Shown: positions 27,892 to 37,561, counted from the first letter of the stretch. The stretch: DNA of 64,000 nt from a virus (IMGVR_UViG_3300023444_000001:17938-81937), one strand, 5' to 3'. The notes: a model not told the origin generated them from the letters alone. A program made the numbers and translations.

Positions 27892-28724
27892 GTCAACTCC
27901 TCAAACCGAGTATCACTAAAACAAATTGAACACCAAGGGCATGATTTAGCAGTTGAATCCTTTGTTCCCTTACAAAATCTATCAGCAAACCTCCCATCTC
28001 TTATATTCTCCAAAACAAGATCAACTCCATCAAAGATTCTATCCACAATCTCATCATTACGATTGATACAAAACTCTTTTACATCCCTCAAATCTCCAGA
28101 CAAAAGAGTAGATTTAGGCATTCTTACTGCCGCCACCCAATCTTTACAATAATACTGAACTCTAACTTTTTTACATCCTCTCTGTCGAGCATACAAATAT
28201 GCTTGAATCTTATGAACATCTTTTGCTTCCTTCAAATAAGCAAAAGAAGCCGCAGTAATAGACTTCAATTCAAAAATTTCCTCCTCACATCCCTTTTCTA
28301 ACTCAAATACTCCATCCGCATGACCCAAAATTTTTCTTTTAGAATCAAAAAAATTCACTTCTCTCTCAAATTTATACAAAAAACCCTTTTTAACCATCTC
28401 CTCATAACAAGTTTGAAACCAACTATGTACTATTATTCCAAACGAAAATGTCCTCAATAAAACAGGATCAACAAGTGCTTTCTCTTTATCAGAAGGCTCA
28501 ACTTTCATCTTAATGTATTGAAGTCTCCTCAAACATTTCTCTCCAGCAAGAGAAGAAATATGAAATACTCCGATCTTTCTTTTCTCAAAATCATGAAAAA
28601 CCGGAGTAATCTCATATCCATGCGAATCCATCCAATATAAAAATGAATTTAATCTTTCAATCAACTGTGCTCCATTTGCTTTCTTTTGTTCTCGTATATT
28701 ATCTAAAACATTTCTTAAAGTCAA
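27888..28724 (-). CDS. Cas4-like PD-(D/E)XK exonuclease
   Basis: CLRR, GHADG, ELKS, QAYLY, C-terminal C...CPWC...C. Confidence 0.8.
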   Translation of the reverse strand: MTLRNVLDNIREQKKANGAQLIERLNSFLYWMDSHGYEITPVFHDFEKRKIGVFHISSLAGEKCLRRLQYIKMKVEPSDKEKALVDPVLLRTFSFGIIVHSWFQTCYEEMVKKGFLYKFEREVNFFDSKRKILGHADGVFELEKGCEEEIFELKSITAASFAYLKEAKDVHKIQAYLYARQRGCKKVRVQYYCKDWVAAVRMPKSTLLSGDLRDVKEFCINRNDEIVDRIFDGVDLVLENIRDGRFADRFCKGTKDSTAKSCPWCSICFSDTRFEELT

Positions 28725-28733
28725 TTTATTCTC

Positions 28734-29195
28734 TCACTTTTCTCCAAAGACTGGGGAGCCAAAAAAATAACCATTAACCTCATCAATACAGGAAGAAAAA
28801 AACTCCATATCACCCCTTCTCCACAAAGACAATAAAAAATCTTCTGAATACTCTTCTTCAAAAACTATTGGGCCTTTCCAAAAAGTCAATTTTATGGCCC
28901 GTGTACGCCAATCCCAAACTCCATCCCCTTTTATTTCTGAACTAAATCTTATCTTTTTATTTATTGTAATATTCAATGAACTAATAAACCATTTTAATAC
29001 TTCTCTAACATATTCAGAATCTTGAATTGTTTCTTTTTCAATTTTTTCTTCTGTCCAACCAAACCACTTTTTAACTTGAAACAATAACCTCTTAAACCCC
29101 GAAATTCCCTCTTTCTTACATCTTTGAACCTGTTCAAGTTTTTTATCCCTATTTTCTGCGATAAACTCAGGAAATATTTCTTTCAATAAAATCAT
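28734..29195 (-). CDS. Hypothetical protein
   Basis: Co-oriented 153-aa ORF. Confidence 0.6.
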   Translation of the reverse strand: MILLKEIFPEFIAENRDKKLEQVQRCKKEGISGFKRLLFQVKKWFGWTEEKIEKETIQDSEYVREVLKWFISSLNITINKKIRFSSEIKGDGVWDWRTRAIKLTFWKGPIVFEEEYSEDFLLSLWRRGDMEFFSSCIDEVNGYFFGSPVFGEK

Positions 29196-29223
29196 CTTAC
29201 CAATACCATCAAAAAATTAGACT

Positions 29224-30240
29224 TCATTCTATTATTCCTCCTTTATCAAGTTTTTCAAGAATCTCCTTTGCAATATACCATTTTGGCCTTTTTCTTAAAG
29301 TTTTATACTCAAGCAATCCATTAGGCAATCCTCCCCATCTTCCTGGAGCCTCTGAATCTTCAAGAAAATCAAACTCTCCTCTAACAACTGAAGTATTCAA
29401 AAACACTTCTTTTGCAAGTAAAAACAAATACTCAGCCGCACTTGATTCAGATAAATGCCCTCCATCAGAAAGACTATTAAATACAAGTTCTGTTTCAATA
29501 TTATAATCCAATAACAAATTCTCTACCTGATTTATGGCAGGTAATATTACATTAACATTTCTACTATAATCAAAAATATCAAAAAAGTCTAATTGCCAAC
29601 CATTATCAATAACAAGACTCAAAAACCTATCAATCCAATCCATTGTAGGAGTTTGACAATACCAAGGACGTCCTTCTCCTCTCATGTTATCCATTATATC
29701 ATCTACTTGAACTCCTCCAATTTTAATTTCTATTCCTTTCTTAGCCTCAAATTTTTGAACCTCCTCCTGAACTACATCGTAAAAGTCATAAAATGTACTA
29801 TCCGTAGCCCTCCAATAATATCTATTTGGCTCTACCCAAATATTAAAATACAATCTATCTGGAGAGTTCTTTTTCAAAAATTTCTTAATCACTTCAATAT
29901 ACAAATCAGCCCAAGAATGATAATCAACAGGTGGGTGCTTAGGATAAACCACTCTTCCATTAGGGTCTTTTTGAGTGGTAGATACAGAAGCCAAATCTTT
30001 TGGAGTTCCCCAAATTCTAATTTGAGACCATCCCCCTTTAGAAGTAATTCTATGGGCAAGATTTATCTGATCCTGCAAAGCCTTTTTTCCTGTACGATGT
30101 AATCCTACTAATTGAACATGGTGCTGATTTTTCCATCCATTTTCCTTTTCCCATACATTTATGGCCTCAAAAGGAACAACATGAGTCTTAGATGATCCCC
30201 CCCATAAATCACACCCAGGCAAAGCATTGATTTTCCTCAT
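29224..30240 (-). CDS. GH39/clan GH-A-like TIM-barrel protein
   Basis: PPVDYHSWADL, YFNIWVEPN, IKIGG, LDFF, GLL...RKRPKW resemble GH39 proteins. Confidence 0.6.
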   Translation of the reverse strand: MRKINALPGCDLWGGSSKTHVVPFEAINVWEKENGWKNQHHVQLVGLHRTGKKALQDQINLAHRITSKGGWSQIRIWGTPKDLASVSTTQKDPNGRVVYPKHPPVDYHSWADLYIEVIKKFLKKNSPDRLYFNIWVEPNRYYWRATDSTFYDFYDVVQEEVQKFEAKKGIEIKIGGVQVDDIMDNMRGEGRPWYCQTPTMDWIDRFLSLVIDNGWQLDFFDIFDYSRNVNVILPAINQVENLLLDYNIETELVFNSLSDGGHLSESSAAEYLFLLAKEVFLNTSVVRGEFDFLEDSEAPGRWGGLPNGLLEYKTLRKRPKWYIAKEILEKLDKGGIIE

Positions 30241-31274
30241 TCCTCAATTCCTCCATACAAAACTGGATCATTCAATCCATACTTTTCAAAAGTTTGTTCA
30301 TTTGAATTTGCATCCGATCTCAGCCTGACAAACCTTGGATGACGAACAGTGCCTGACTTACTCATATACTGTCCCATTATTTCAACAACCGAACCAATTA
30401 ACTCTTCCTTCCGATTTGAAATTTCAGCCCTCATTTCTTCATCCATTCCAGAAGTTTGTCCACATTCATGCAAATTTCCCTTTGAATCATATAATCCATA
30501 TTTAATAGCACCTATCCATCCATTATTTCCATACTTTCCATTACCATCAGTGAATCCCGTAATCACAACATCCCAAGTTTCAATCCTTTTAACCTTAATC
30601 CAAGCATTTTTATTACCATACTCCAACCTCGTATCCTTAATCATACCCCCTTCTCCACCAGAGCCAATAGTATCAATCAAAAAATTTATTCCATCCTTAC
30701 CAACATATCTTGGCACAAGATGAATATATTCAACAGCGGCTTTATCCTCTATCATAGCCAATTCTATGACATCTCGAAAATAATATTCCAACTGCTGCCT
30801 TCTTATACCATCAGGCTTTGCCATCATAGGAACTCCCCTCAACCACAAAAGATCAAAAACATGATATTCAACATAACCTATCTCTTTTTGCCTCTCAATA
30901 GCCCTCTCTTCACTCGACCCCATAACAGAAACTGTATTTCCAAACTGTGTCACATCATCACCGTTTCCTACTATTTCTCCGTCTAAAACTGTATATCCTT
31001 CCAATTTAATATCCCTCAAATGAGGAACATTATCTGACTTATCTACCGGAATATTTGTCTTAGTTGAAATATGTCGAGACAACAAGATGTTCCTTCCATT
31101 CCGATCTTTAGGAATATACAAAAGGTACCTACTCCCATCCAACTTTGGCTCCACAATAAAATTAGTATCCTGAAGCATTCTTTGAACAGGATAAGGAACA
31201 TAATCTCCAGTTTTTACAACAAAACTTCGTCCAGCAACGGCCGGATTCACAAACTCTGGAATAAACTTATACAT
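30237..31274 (-). CDS. ATP-dependent DNA ligase
   Basis: EPKLDGSR, LDGEI, FDLL, EGGMIK, WIKVK, RHPRFVRLR. Confidence 0.93.
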   Translation of the reverse strand: MYKFIPEFVNPAVAGRSFVVKTGDYVPYPVQRMLQDTNFIVEPKLDGSRYLLYIPKDRNGRNILLSRHISTKTNIPVDKSDNVPHLRDIKLEGYTVLDGEIVGNGDDVTQFGNTVSVMGSSEERAIERQKEIGYVEYHVFDLLWLRGVPMMAKPDGIRRQQLEYYFRDVIELAMIEDKAAVEYIHLVPRYVGKDGINFLIDTIGSGGEGGMIKDTRLEYGNKNAWIKVKRIETWDVVITGFTDGNGKYGNNGWIGAIKYGLYDSKGNLHECGQTSGMDEEMRAEISNRKEELIGSVVEIMGQYMSKSGTVRHPRFVRLRSDANSNEQTFEKYGLNDPVLYGGIEE

Positions 31275-31304
31275 TTCAACTATCTCCTTTCTTTTTCAAT
31301 TAAG

Positions 31305-31373
31305 TCTATGGGAGCAATCAACTATAATAAGGCGAGGCACTTCTCCTTTCTTATAATCAACTACTCCCATAGA
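31305..31373 (-). ncRNA. Long leader RNA hairpin upstream of the ligase
   Basis: TCTATGGGAG/CTCCCATAGA outer stem extends 13 more pairs only with G.U wobble on the minus-strand transcript. Confidence 0.6.
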
Positions 31374-31396
31374 AATCATTTTTCAAACTTAAACTC

Positions 31397-31451
31397 AAGT
31401 TAAAGTTTGATTGTATAATATAATATAATATATCTCTTTGAAAAAGTCAAG
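31397..31451 (-). promoter_or_regulatory. Strong early promoter (copy 3)
   Basis: Identical 55 bp to 13611..13665; TTGACT-N17-TATATT. Confidence 0.85.
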
Positions 31452-31462
31452 AGAATTGTTAT

Positions 31463-31774
31463 TTATTCAACAAATCCCCTATCTTGCAATTCTTTCAAAA
31501 CAGTCTTATCTCCAACTTTATAAAGTTTTATTAACTTCAAATTTTCCTCACATCTCTTGAGAACCAATTTTCCAAACTTAGTTCTTTCTGTTCTCTTCAA
31601 TTCTTTTATTAAATTAGTCAATGTATTCTCTGGAAACAATGATTTAATCTGATTTAATCCCCACAAAATAATCTTATCAATTCTAAGCCAATCTTCCCTT
31701 TCAAACATATCTCCATTTTTATACTTTGTATACAACCAATCAACCTCAGAATATACTTCGCTATACGTCATCAT
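31463..31774 (-). CDS. Hypothetical protein
   Basis: Co-oriented ORF. Confidence 0.6.
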   Translation of the reverse strand: MMTYSEVYSEVDWLYTKYKNGDMFEREDWLRIDKIILWGLNQIKSLFPENTLTNLIKELKRTERTKFGKLVLKRCEENLKLIKLYKVGDKTVLKELQDRGFVE

Positions 31775-32114
31775 TCATACCCTCAAGCAAAAAATCTTTC
31801 AACCTCATAACAACAACTTCCAATAAAGGCTGTCCAACTTCATTCGTAAATGATATTACTCGAAACCATATTTTATCAGGATATGCTAATATTTCCTTTT
31901 TTAATTCATCCCTATTCAATCGAAAAGATTTATAAGTTGTTGTCTTTAACTCACAAACCTTATCTTTACCTATCAAATCTAAAAACCACGGAGCCTGATT
32001 TCCCGATCCCGGAGTTTCTTCCATTTTCAATAATTTAGACAAACTTTTTGCCTGCATCCGAGACCTATCATAAGACGTTGGAATATCCTTACTCATCCAC
32101 TTTGGTTTTTTCAT
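31761..32114 (-). CDS. PD-(D/E)XK nuclease, Hjc-like resolvase
   Basis: TPGSGN...D...ELKTT, located next to recA. Confidence 0.65.
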   Translation of the reverse strand: MKKPKWMSKDIPTSYDRSRMQAKSLSKLLKMEETPGSGNQAPWFLDLIGKDKVCELKTTTYKSFRLNRDELKKEILAYPDKIWFRVISFTNEVGQPLLEVVVMRLKDFLLEGMNDDV

Positions 32115-32200
32115 TTTTTAACTTATCCTCAACATCCTTCAACAAATCCCTCAAAAGACGCTCTTCAAAACACAATCGCCCTTTTTCTCCTTGAAGAGAC

Positions 32201-33319
32201 TTAAGACGCTCTTTTAATTCCTTTTTTCTTACTTTTAACAGATTCTTCTTTTTCAAAACAAAAACCATTTTTTACTTCCTCCAAACTAATTCCAAGTTCT
32301 TCACAAATCTTCCCATGTACCTCCTTTACAAAATCAATATCTTCTCTTAATGCTTCTACAAGAGCAGGAACTCCATGAAAACTTTTTCCTTTAATATTAA
32401 ACCAACCCGAACCCGAAGATTCAACTACTCCAAGTCTCGTACCAAACCTAATTATTTCTCTAACCCAATCAAAAGCCCCCTGCTTAAAACCACTTCTACT
32501 TTTAACCACAAGATAAAGCGAACCTGTTCTAAAAGGTACAGAAGTTTTATTTTTAACAACCTTGCAATCAATTCCAAAAGTAACAAGATTTTTCATATCT
32601 CCTTCAAACTCCATTTCTCCTTTTTTCAATCGAACTCTAATAGAATCAGAATATTTTACCCCACGTCCTCCAGGCAAAATTTCTGGAGAACCCCACTGAT
32701 CCAAACTTGATCTGATTTGATTCACCAGAATGACTGTCGTATTATTTTCTTTGCCTTCAGAGGTTTTAGAATTTAGAGCCGCATGAACTTTTCTTAACCC
32801 CTTATTTATTAAACGAGGATTAACTGCCATTTGCTCCTTTTCCATGGGAACATCTAATTCCAACCTTGAACTCATAACTGCAACTGAATCAACAACAATT
32901 AACGAAATATCTTCCGCTCTAATAAAGGCTTCAATAATATCAAATCCTTCATTCCCATTCACAGGTTCAGACAAGTAGACCTTATCAAGATCAATACCAA
33001 TTTTATCCGCCCAAATATCATCCCATGAACCCTCAAAATCAATATATACCACCTTTTTATCCGGAAAAACTCTCTGTGCCTCTCTCATAGCATGAAAACA
33101 CACAGTAGATTTACCAGATGATTCCAAACCATAAATTTGAACAATTCTCCCACAAGGCCATCCTCCTCCAATAAGATAATCCAAAACAGGAGAACCAGAG
33201 GAAAATCTCTCCAAATATCTTTTTCGAGATTTACTTCTACAAAGCACTGTTCCAATACCAAACATCTTATTCAAAACTTTTACTGCTTCCTCACTTGTAA
33301 AAACTTCTTTATCATTCAT
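32201..33319 (-). CDS. recA: RecA/UvsX recombinase
   Basis: GGGWPCGRIVQIYGLESSGKST, VVDSVA, NQIR, PGGRG, KNK. Confidence 0.93.
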   Translation of the reverse strand: MNDKEVFTSEEAVKVLNKMFGIGTVLCRSKSRKRYLERFSSGSPVLDYLIGGGWPCGRIVQIYGLESSGKSTVCFHAMREAQRVFPDKKVVYIDFEGSWDDIWADKIGIDLDKVYLSEPVNGNEGFDIIEAFIRAEDISLIVVDSVAVMSSRLELDVPMEKEQMAVNPRLINKGLRKVHAALNSKTSEGKENNTTVILVNQIRSSLDQWGSPEILPGGRGVKYSDSIRVRLKKGEMEFEGDMKNLVTFGIDCKVVKNKTSVPFRTGSLYLVVKSRSGFKQGAFDWVREIIRFGTRLGVVESSGSGWFNIKGKSFHGVPALVEALREDIDFVKEVHGKICEELGISLEEVKNGFCFEKEESVKSKKKGIKRAS

Positions 33320-33639
33320 TCCACTTCACCTTCAACAATTTCAGACTTAAATTCCATTATATCTGAAGCAGTCAAAATTCTCTTTTTACACTCATTAACA
33401 GAAATAACTTGACTTGTTACTTTTATAACAAGATAATTCTCTCCTACTTCTCCAAAATCTTTAATCCATTTTCTCGCCTCCTTCGTGCTCTTAAATCCAG
33501 TTTTAACAAGAGAAATATCTCCAACTCTACCAAGACCTTTTTGAGAAAAAGTTCCAACAGAAAACCTTCCAAAATTCTTTTCCTGTGTAGTCATCATTTC
33601 ATCCATTATCAATTCTCCCTTCTTTTCAATCACAATCAA
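33316..33639 (-). CDS. Hypothetical protein
   Basis: ATGA-coupled to recA. Confidence 0.55.
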   Translation of the reverse strand: MIVIEKKGELIMDEMMTTQEKNFGRFSVGTFSQKGLGRVGDISLVKTGFKSTKEARKWIKDFGEVGENYLVIKVTSQVISVNECKKRILTASDIMEFKSEIVEGEVE

Positions 33640-33937
33640 CAGCCTCAGAATTTGTCCAAAAAGTCATAGTTGTTCCAGCAAGCCTTACCTTTACTTTGCC
33701 AGACAAAAAACTCCAGGACTCCACATAGACCTTTGTTCTCCCTGTAGTCCAAACCAATTCGCTTGCAACGAGGAGAGACAATGCCTGTGTGTCTCCCTCA
33801 ACAGAATACTCGACCGCCTCATCAAATATCTGTTCAGTTGCCGCAGCCAAATACCCTCGTTTCAGAGTACAAGAGCCATCAAGATTTGCTCTCAAATTTC
33901 CAACTATAAGCAAAAGAAAAACAAAAGTAATAAACAA
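33626..33937 (-). CDS. Small secreted protein
   Basis: Hydrophobic N-terminal signal-like segment; beta-rich C-terminus. Confidence 0.55.
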   Translation of the reverse strand: MFITFVFLLLIVGNLRANLDGSCTLKRGYLAAATEQIFDEAVEYSVEGDTQALSLLVASELVWTTGRTKVYVESWSFLSGKVKVRLAGTTMTFWTNSEAVDCD

Positions 33938-33953
33938 CTATTTTATCCTCCTC

Positions 33954-34145
33954 TTAAATATCTTCTTCTCTAACCGTCTTCCTCCCATTAGCCTTTGCCC
34001 GATACATTGCAACTGTTAAAATCCCTTCAACCAAATGACTCAATTTCGGAATAGCACTAACCGAACACTGAAATCCTTGGTCATGACAAAAATTCCTAAC
34101 TGTCATACTTACCACCAACAACTTTTCTTTCTGTGTCTCTTCCAC
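33954..34145 (-). CDS. Histone-fold protein (bacterial Bd0055-like)
   Basis: 63 aa: LLVVSMTVRNF...S..AI..LS..V..I...A..RAKANGRKTVREEDI; RKTV..D L2/alpha3 histone signature; GGAGG RBS. Confidence 0.85.
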   Translation of the reverse strand: MEETQKEKLLVVSMTVRNFCHDQGFQCSVSAIPKLSHLVEGILTVAMYRAKANGRKTVREEDI

Positions 34146-34157
34146 TTTAGACCTCCT

Positions 34158-34772
34158 TCAATCCCAAGTGATTGCTCCATCATCATCCAAAAATCCACAC
34201 TTCTTTTTTAACTCTTCCGAAGTCATCGGTTTCAGAATGGTATCCAAAGGTGGCAAATCCTTTGTCAACTCTTCTGGAACATCCGCTTCCTCAAGTGTAT
34301 CAAAGTTGTACGAAGTATTAAATCCCTCACCAGTCCGAGTAATTTCAAATTTATACCCAGACAATCCTCTTGGCTTTTTACTGTTTATCTTCTCTAACTG
34401 ACCCAAAACCAATATCCCTGGAGTATAAAGTTTAACAACAGGAACACCATCAAAAGATTTTGATGTTGAAGACCAACTGCCTCTGTAATCTACAACGTAA
34501 AATGCTCCAACAAATCTTGGAGAATTTCCTCTCTTACAAAGAGGACAATTTTCTCCTTCATCACCTTCATCAATATCAGACAGACAAACAAATGTACGCC
34601 ATCTACCATCAACTTGCACAGAGTGCTGATAATGAACATAAGGTGAATCTGAAACAAACTGAATAACTGCTTCGGCTCCATCCAGCAAGAAAAACTTTGG
34701 AAAAGTTGCTTTTCTACTCTCTTCTGCTTTTCTTTGGGCCTTTCTAACTTTATCCCATCCTGTTTCAGCCAT
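34158..34772 (-). CDS. Single-stranded DNA-binding protein (gp32-like)
   Basis: H...C...CPLC Zn site, ITRTGEG..TSY, acidic tail. Confidence 0.75.
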   Translation of the reverse strand: MAETGWDKVRKAQRKAEESRKATFPKFFLLDGAEAVIQFVSDSPYVHYQHSVQVDGRWRTFVCLSDIDEGDEGENCPLCKRGNSPRFVGAFYVVDYRGSWSSTSKSFDGVPVVKLYTPGILVLGQLEKINSKKPRGLSGYKFEITRTGEGFNTSYNFDTLEEADVPEELTKDLPPLDTILKPMTSEELKKKCGFLDDDGAITWD

Positions 34773-34785
34773 TTCTACTACCTCC

Positions 34786-36504
34786 TTACGCCTTCACCCA
34801 ATACTTGTCAACTTTGACATCTACAACAAGCGGTACAATCAATTCCACTGCAGTTTCCAGAATATGCTTTATCTCTTTAGCAATATCTGGAAGGTACTCA
34901 TCCCCTACCTCCACAACTAACTCATCATGTACTTGAATCAAAATCACCCCCTTTCCCTTCAAAAATTTGGCCAATTTAACCATAGCCATCTTAACAATAT
35001 CTGCTGCACTTCCTTGAACCTTCGTATTTATGGCCAATCTCCGTAAAAGCCCATATTCATCATTCATACCGGAAAAATCTCTAAATCTCCCCATAAATGT
35101 TGTTACTCCATTATTTATCTTAGCCCCCCTATAAACAATATCAGCATAATCTTTAATAGAAGAAAACCTCTCAAAATAAGCCATTAAAAACATCTTGGCT
35201 TCATCTTCTGATATACCCAATCCTTGAGATAAACCATAAGGCCCCATCCCATATACAATTCCAAAATTTATTGTCTTCCCCATACTCCGACTAACTTTAT
35301 ATCCAACAATATCAGATAATTCATTTGCAGTCCTTTGGTGAATGTCTTCTCCATTTCTAAAAGCATCAACCATACGTTCATCATGGGACAAATGAGCCAA
35401 AACTCGCAATTCAATTTGTGAATAATCCGCCACTACAAAAGATTTATCCTTTCCAGAAATAATTGCCTTTCTAACCTGTCCATCTTCCCCATACGTAATA
35501 TTCTGAAAATTTGGATTATTAGAGGAAAACCTTCCTGTTTGTGTTCCCACAGAATTAAATCTACCTCTCATTCTTCCATCTTTTTCACTTTTCACAAGAA
35601 ATGAATTGATATATCCCAACGTTTTTCCAATCTCTCTATACCGCAACATCTTTGAAGTGATTCCAATAGTATCTTTTGCACTTAATTTCTTCAAAATATC
35701 CCTACCAGTGGCATACCTTCCTGTACTTGTTTTTTCAATAACAGGCAATTTCAAATCTTCAAACAAAACCTTCCCAACTTGCATCGGAGAATTTAGATTG
35801 AATCTATATCCAACAAGATTTCCACAGAAATTATCTATCTCTTCAGCCTCACACTCTAATTTATTTTTCAAACTAAGTAACTTTTCTCTATCTACTTTAA
35901 CCCCAGTTTGCTCCATCAAAACTATGACTGGGATCAATTTCATTTCCAACTTAAAAACCTTATCAAGATTTCTAAGGCCAAGTTGATTCTTATATTCATT
36001 CCACAATTTCAAAGTATATATTGCATCTTCCATCGAATATTTAGCCAACTTCTCAAGACTTTTAGAAACATTCTTAAACTCATCCATCTTATACCCATAC
36101 CGCTCAAAAACCACTTTTTTAAGTCCAGCCGGAAGATTGGAAAAAAGCAATTTTCTTGCTACCATAGCATCAAAGATATTTCCATCTTTATCAAATTCAA
36201 TTCCTTCTCTAAACAACAATCCACAATCAAAAGTTGCATTCCAGGCTATCTTATTCAACTTTGATTCAAAGAGCATATCCAAATATTTTCTGGAAGATTC
36301 AAATTCCTCAAACTTTCCATCAACAGAGAATTTTTCCTTTATACATTCTCCAACCAGAAATAAACTCTCATATTTATCTTCCTCTCCCCTAATCGCCAAT
36401 GATAATCCAAGTATTTCTGAATCATGCTCCAACCCCTCAGTTTCAAAATCAAAGGAAAACTCCCCCCTTGAAAATGCTTTTTCAACAAAATCCTTAATCT
36501 TCAT
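34786..36504 (-). CDS. polA: Family A DNA polymerase (3'-5' exonuclease plus polymerase)
   Basis: FDFET, TGRFSS, DYSQIELR, KTINFGIVYG, QGSAAD, QVHDEL. Confidence 0.95.
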   Translation of the reverse strand: MKIKDFVEKAFSRGEFSFDFETEGLEHDSEILGLSLAIRGEEDKYESLFLVGECIKEKFSVDGKFEEFESSRKYLDMLFESKLNKIAWNATFDCGLLFREGIEFDKDGNIFDAMVARKLLFSNLPAGLKKVVFERYGYKMDEFKNVSKSLEKLAKYSMEDAIYTLKLWNEYKNQLGLRNLDKVFKLEMKLIPVIVLMEQTGVKVDREKLLSLKNKLECEAEEIDNFCGNLVGYRFNLNSPMQVGKVLFEDLKLPVIEKTSTGRYATGRDILKKLSAKDTIGITSKMLRYREIGKTLGYINSFLVKSEKDGRMRGRFNSVGTQTGRFSSNNPNFQNITYGEDGQVRKAIISGKDKSFVVADYSQIELRVLAHLSHDERMVDAFRNGEDIHQRTANELSDIVGYKVSRSMGKTINFGIVYGMGPYGLSQGLGISEDEAKMFLMAYFERFSSIKDYADIVYRGAKINNGVTTFMGRFRDFSGMNDEYGLLRRLAINTKVQGSAADIVKMAMVKLAKFLKGKGVILIQVHDELVVEVGDEYLPDIAKEIKHILETAVELIVPLVVDVKVDKYWVKA

Positions 36505-36542
36505 CTTTAATGCCTCCTTTTCTCTATATTTTATATATAATG

Positions 36543-36571
36543 AAGATAATATATTCTCCCGTAAAAGTCAA
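36543..36571 (-). promoter_or_regulatory. Putative promoter for polA
   Basis: TTGACT-N17-TATCTT. Confidence 0.5.
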
Positions 36572-37500
36572 GAGTTTAATTTCTCAGATATAATTCTTGA
36601 TATTACATCCTCCTTCTTCAGATATACTTGTTTCCATTCCTCAACGGTATGTTGTGCTGGGTCTTTATATATTAGCCTAACCAAGTATAAATTCATCATA
36701 ACTTCCTTCAACTTAGAAACCAACCGATTCCGTCCCTTAAATCCCGAAAAATCATTATCCAAAGCCAAAACTAACCTTGAAAAATTCAAAAGATTTTGAA
36801 TTTGTCTATCAGTAACTCTCCATCCAAGTAGGGCTATAGAAGAATTTCCAGCCCTCCAAACATTCTCACAATCGAGTTCACCCTCTACAATAACAGGAAT
36901 TTTTGAATCCTTAACCAAAAGCGCCCTATAAAGTCCATATAACCCTCCCAACTCTGATTTTAACCCGCTTGGATAAACATATCTTCGATCTGAATAAACA
37001 CCTCTATAAGTTACTCCTATTATTTCTCCTTTTAGATTTCTTATGGCAAAAACAAGACAATTACTCAACTTATCATACCTTACATCATTAAGATTTATTC
37101 CTCCTAATTTTCTTCTCTCCAAATACTTTACTGCAACAGAATCTTTATCTTCTCCTTTTAATTCTGGAAGAGCAAAAAATCTAACTTTTGGAGACTTAAC
37201 ATCTTCACATTCTCTCTTCCTGTATAAATCTTCCAACAATTTGTCTCTTTTTGCAATTTCTTTCATATCAAAAAAACCAGATATTTTATCTTCTTTCAAT
37301 CCTTTTTCTCTAAGAAGCCTTAAAACAGAACCTCCTTTTCCACATCCAAAACAAAACCAAACCCCTTTATCCAAATTCAAAAAGAAACTTCCCTTTGTTT
37401 CTCTATGAAAAGGGCACAACGAACGCAATTCATTCCCAACTATTCTTGGATTTTTAAGCCCAAAAACTTCAATAATCTTCTCATAAGATTTTATCTTCAA
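36568..37500 (-). CDS. dnaG: DnaG-type primase
   Basis: CPFH...CFGC Zn finger; TOPRIM IVEGELD and LALDND. Confidence 0.92.
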   Translation of the reverse strand: MKIKSYEKIIEVFGLKNPRIVGNELRSLCPFHRETKGSFFLNLDKGVWFCFGCGKGGSVLRLLREKGLKEDKISGFFDMKEIAKRDKLLEDLYRKRECEDVKSPKVRFFALPELKGEDKDSVAVKYLERRKLGGINLNDVRYDKLSNCLVFAIRNLKGEIIGVTYRGVYSDRRYVYPSGLKSELGGLYGLYRALLVKDSKIPVIVEGELDCENVWRAGNSSIALLGWRVTDRQIQNLLNFSRLVLALDNDFSGFKGRNRLVSKLKEVMMNLYLVRLIYKDPAQHTVEEWKQVYLKKEDVISRIISEKLNS

Positions 37501-37561
37501 ATTTTTCTCCTCCTATAATAATATATAATAATATAATTAGGCTGTTATAGTTTAATAAAAT

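Noticed and set aside
27888-28724. Cas4-like gene as part of a CRISPR system
   Set aside because: Stand-alone Cas4-like nucleases are common in phage recombination modules, and this one lies 15 kb from the repeat.
32161-32198. Inverted repeat CTCTTCAA...TTGAAGAG after recA as a terminator
   Set aside because: Large loop and no U-tract; too weak to call.
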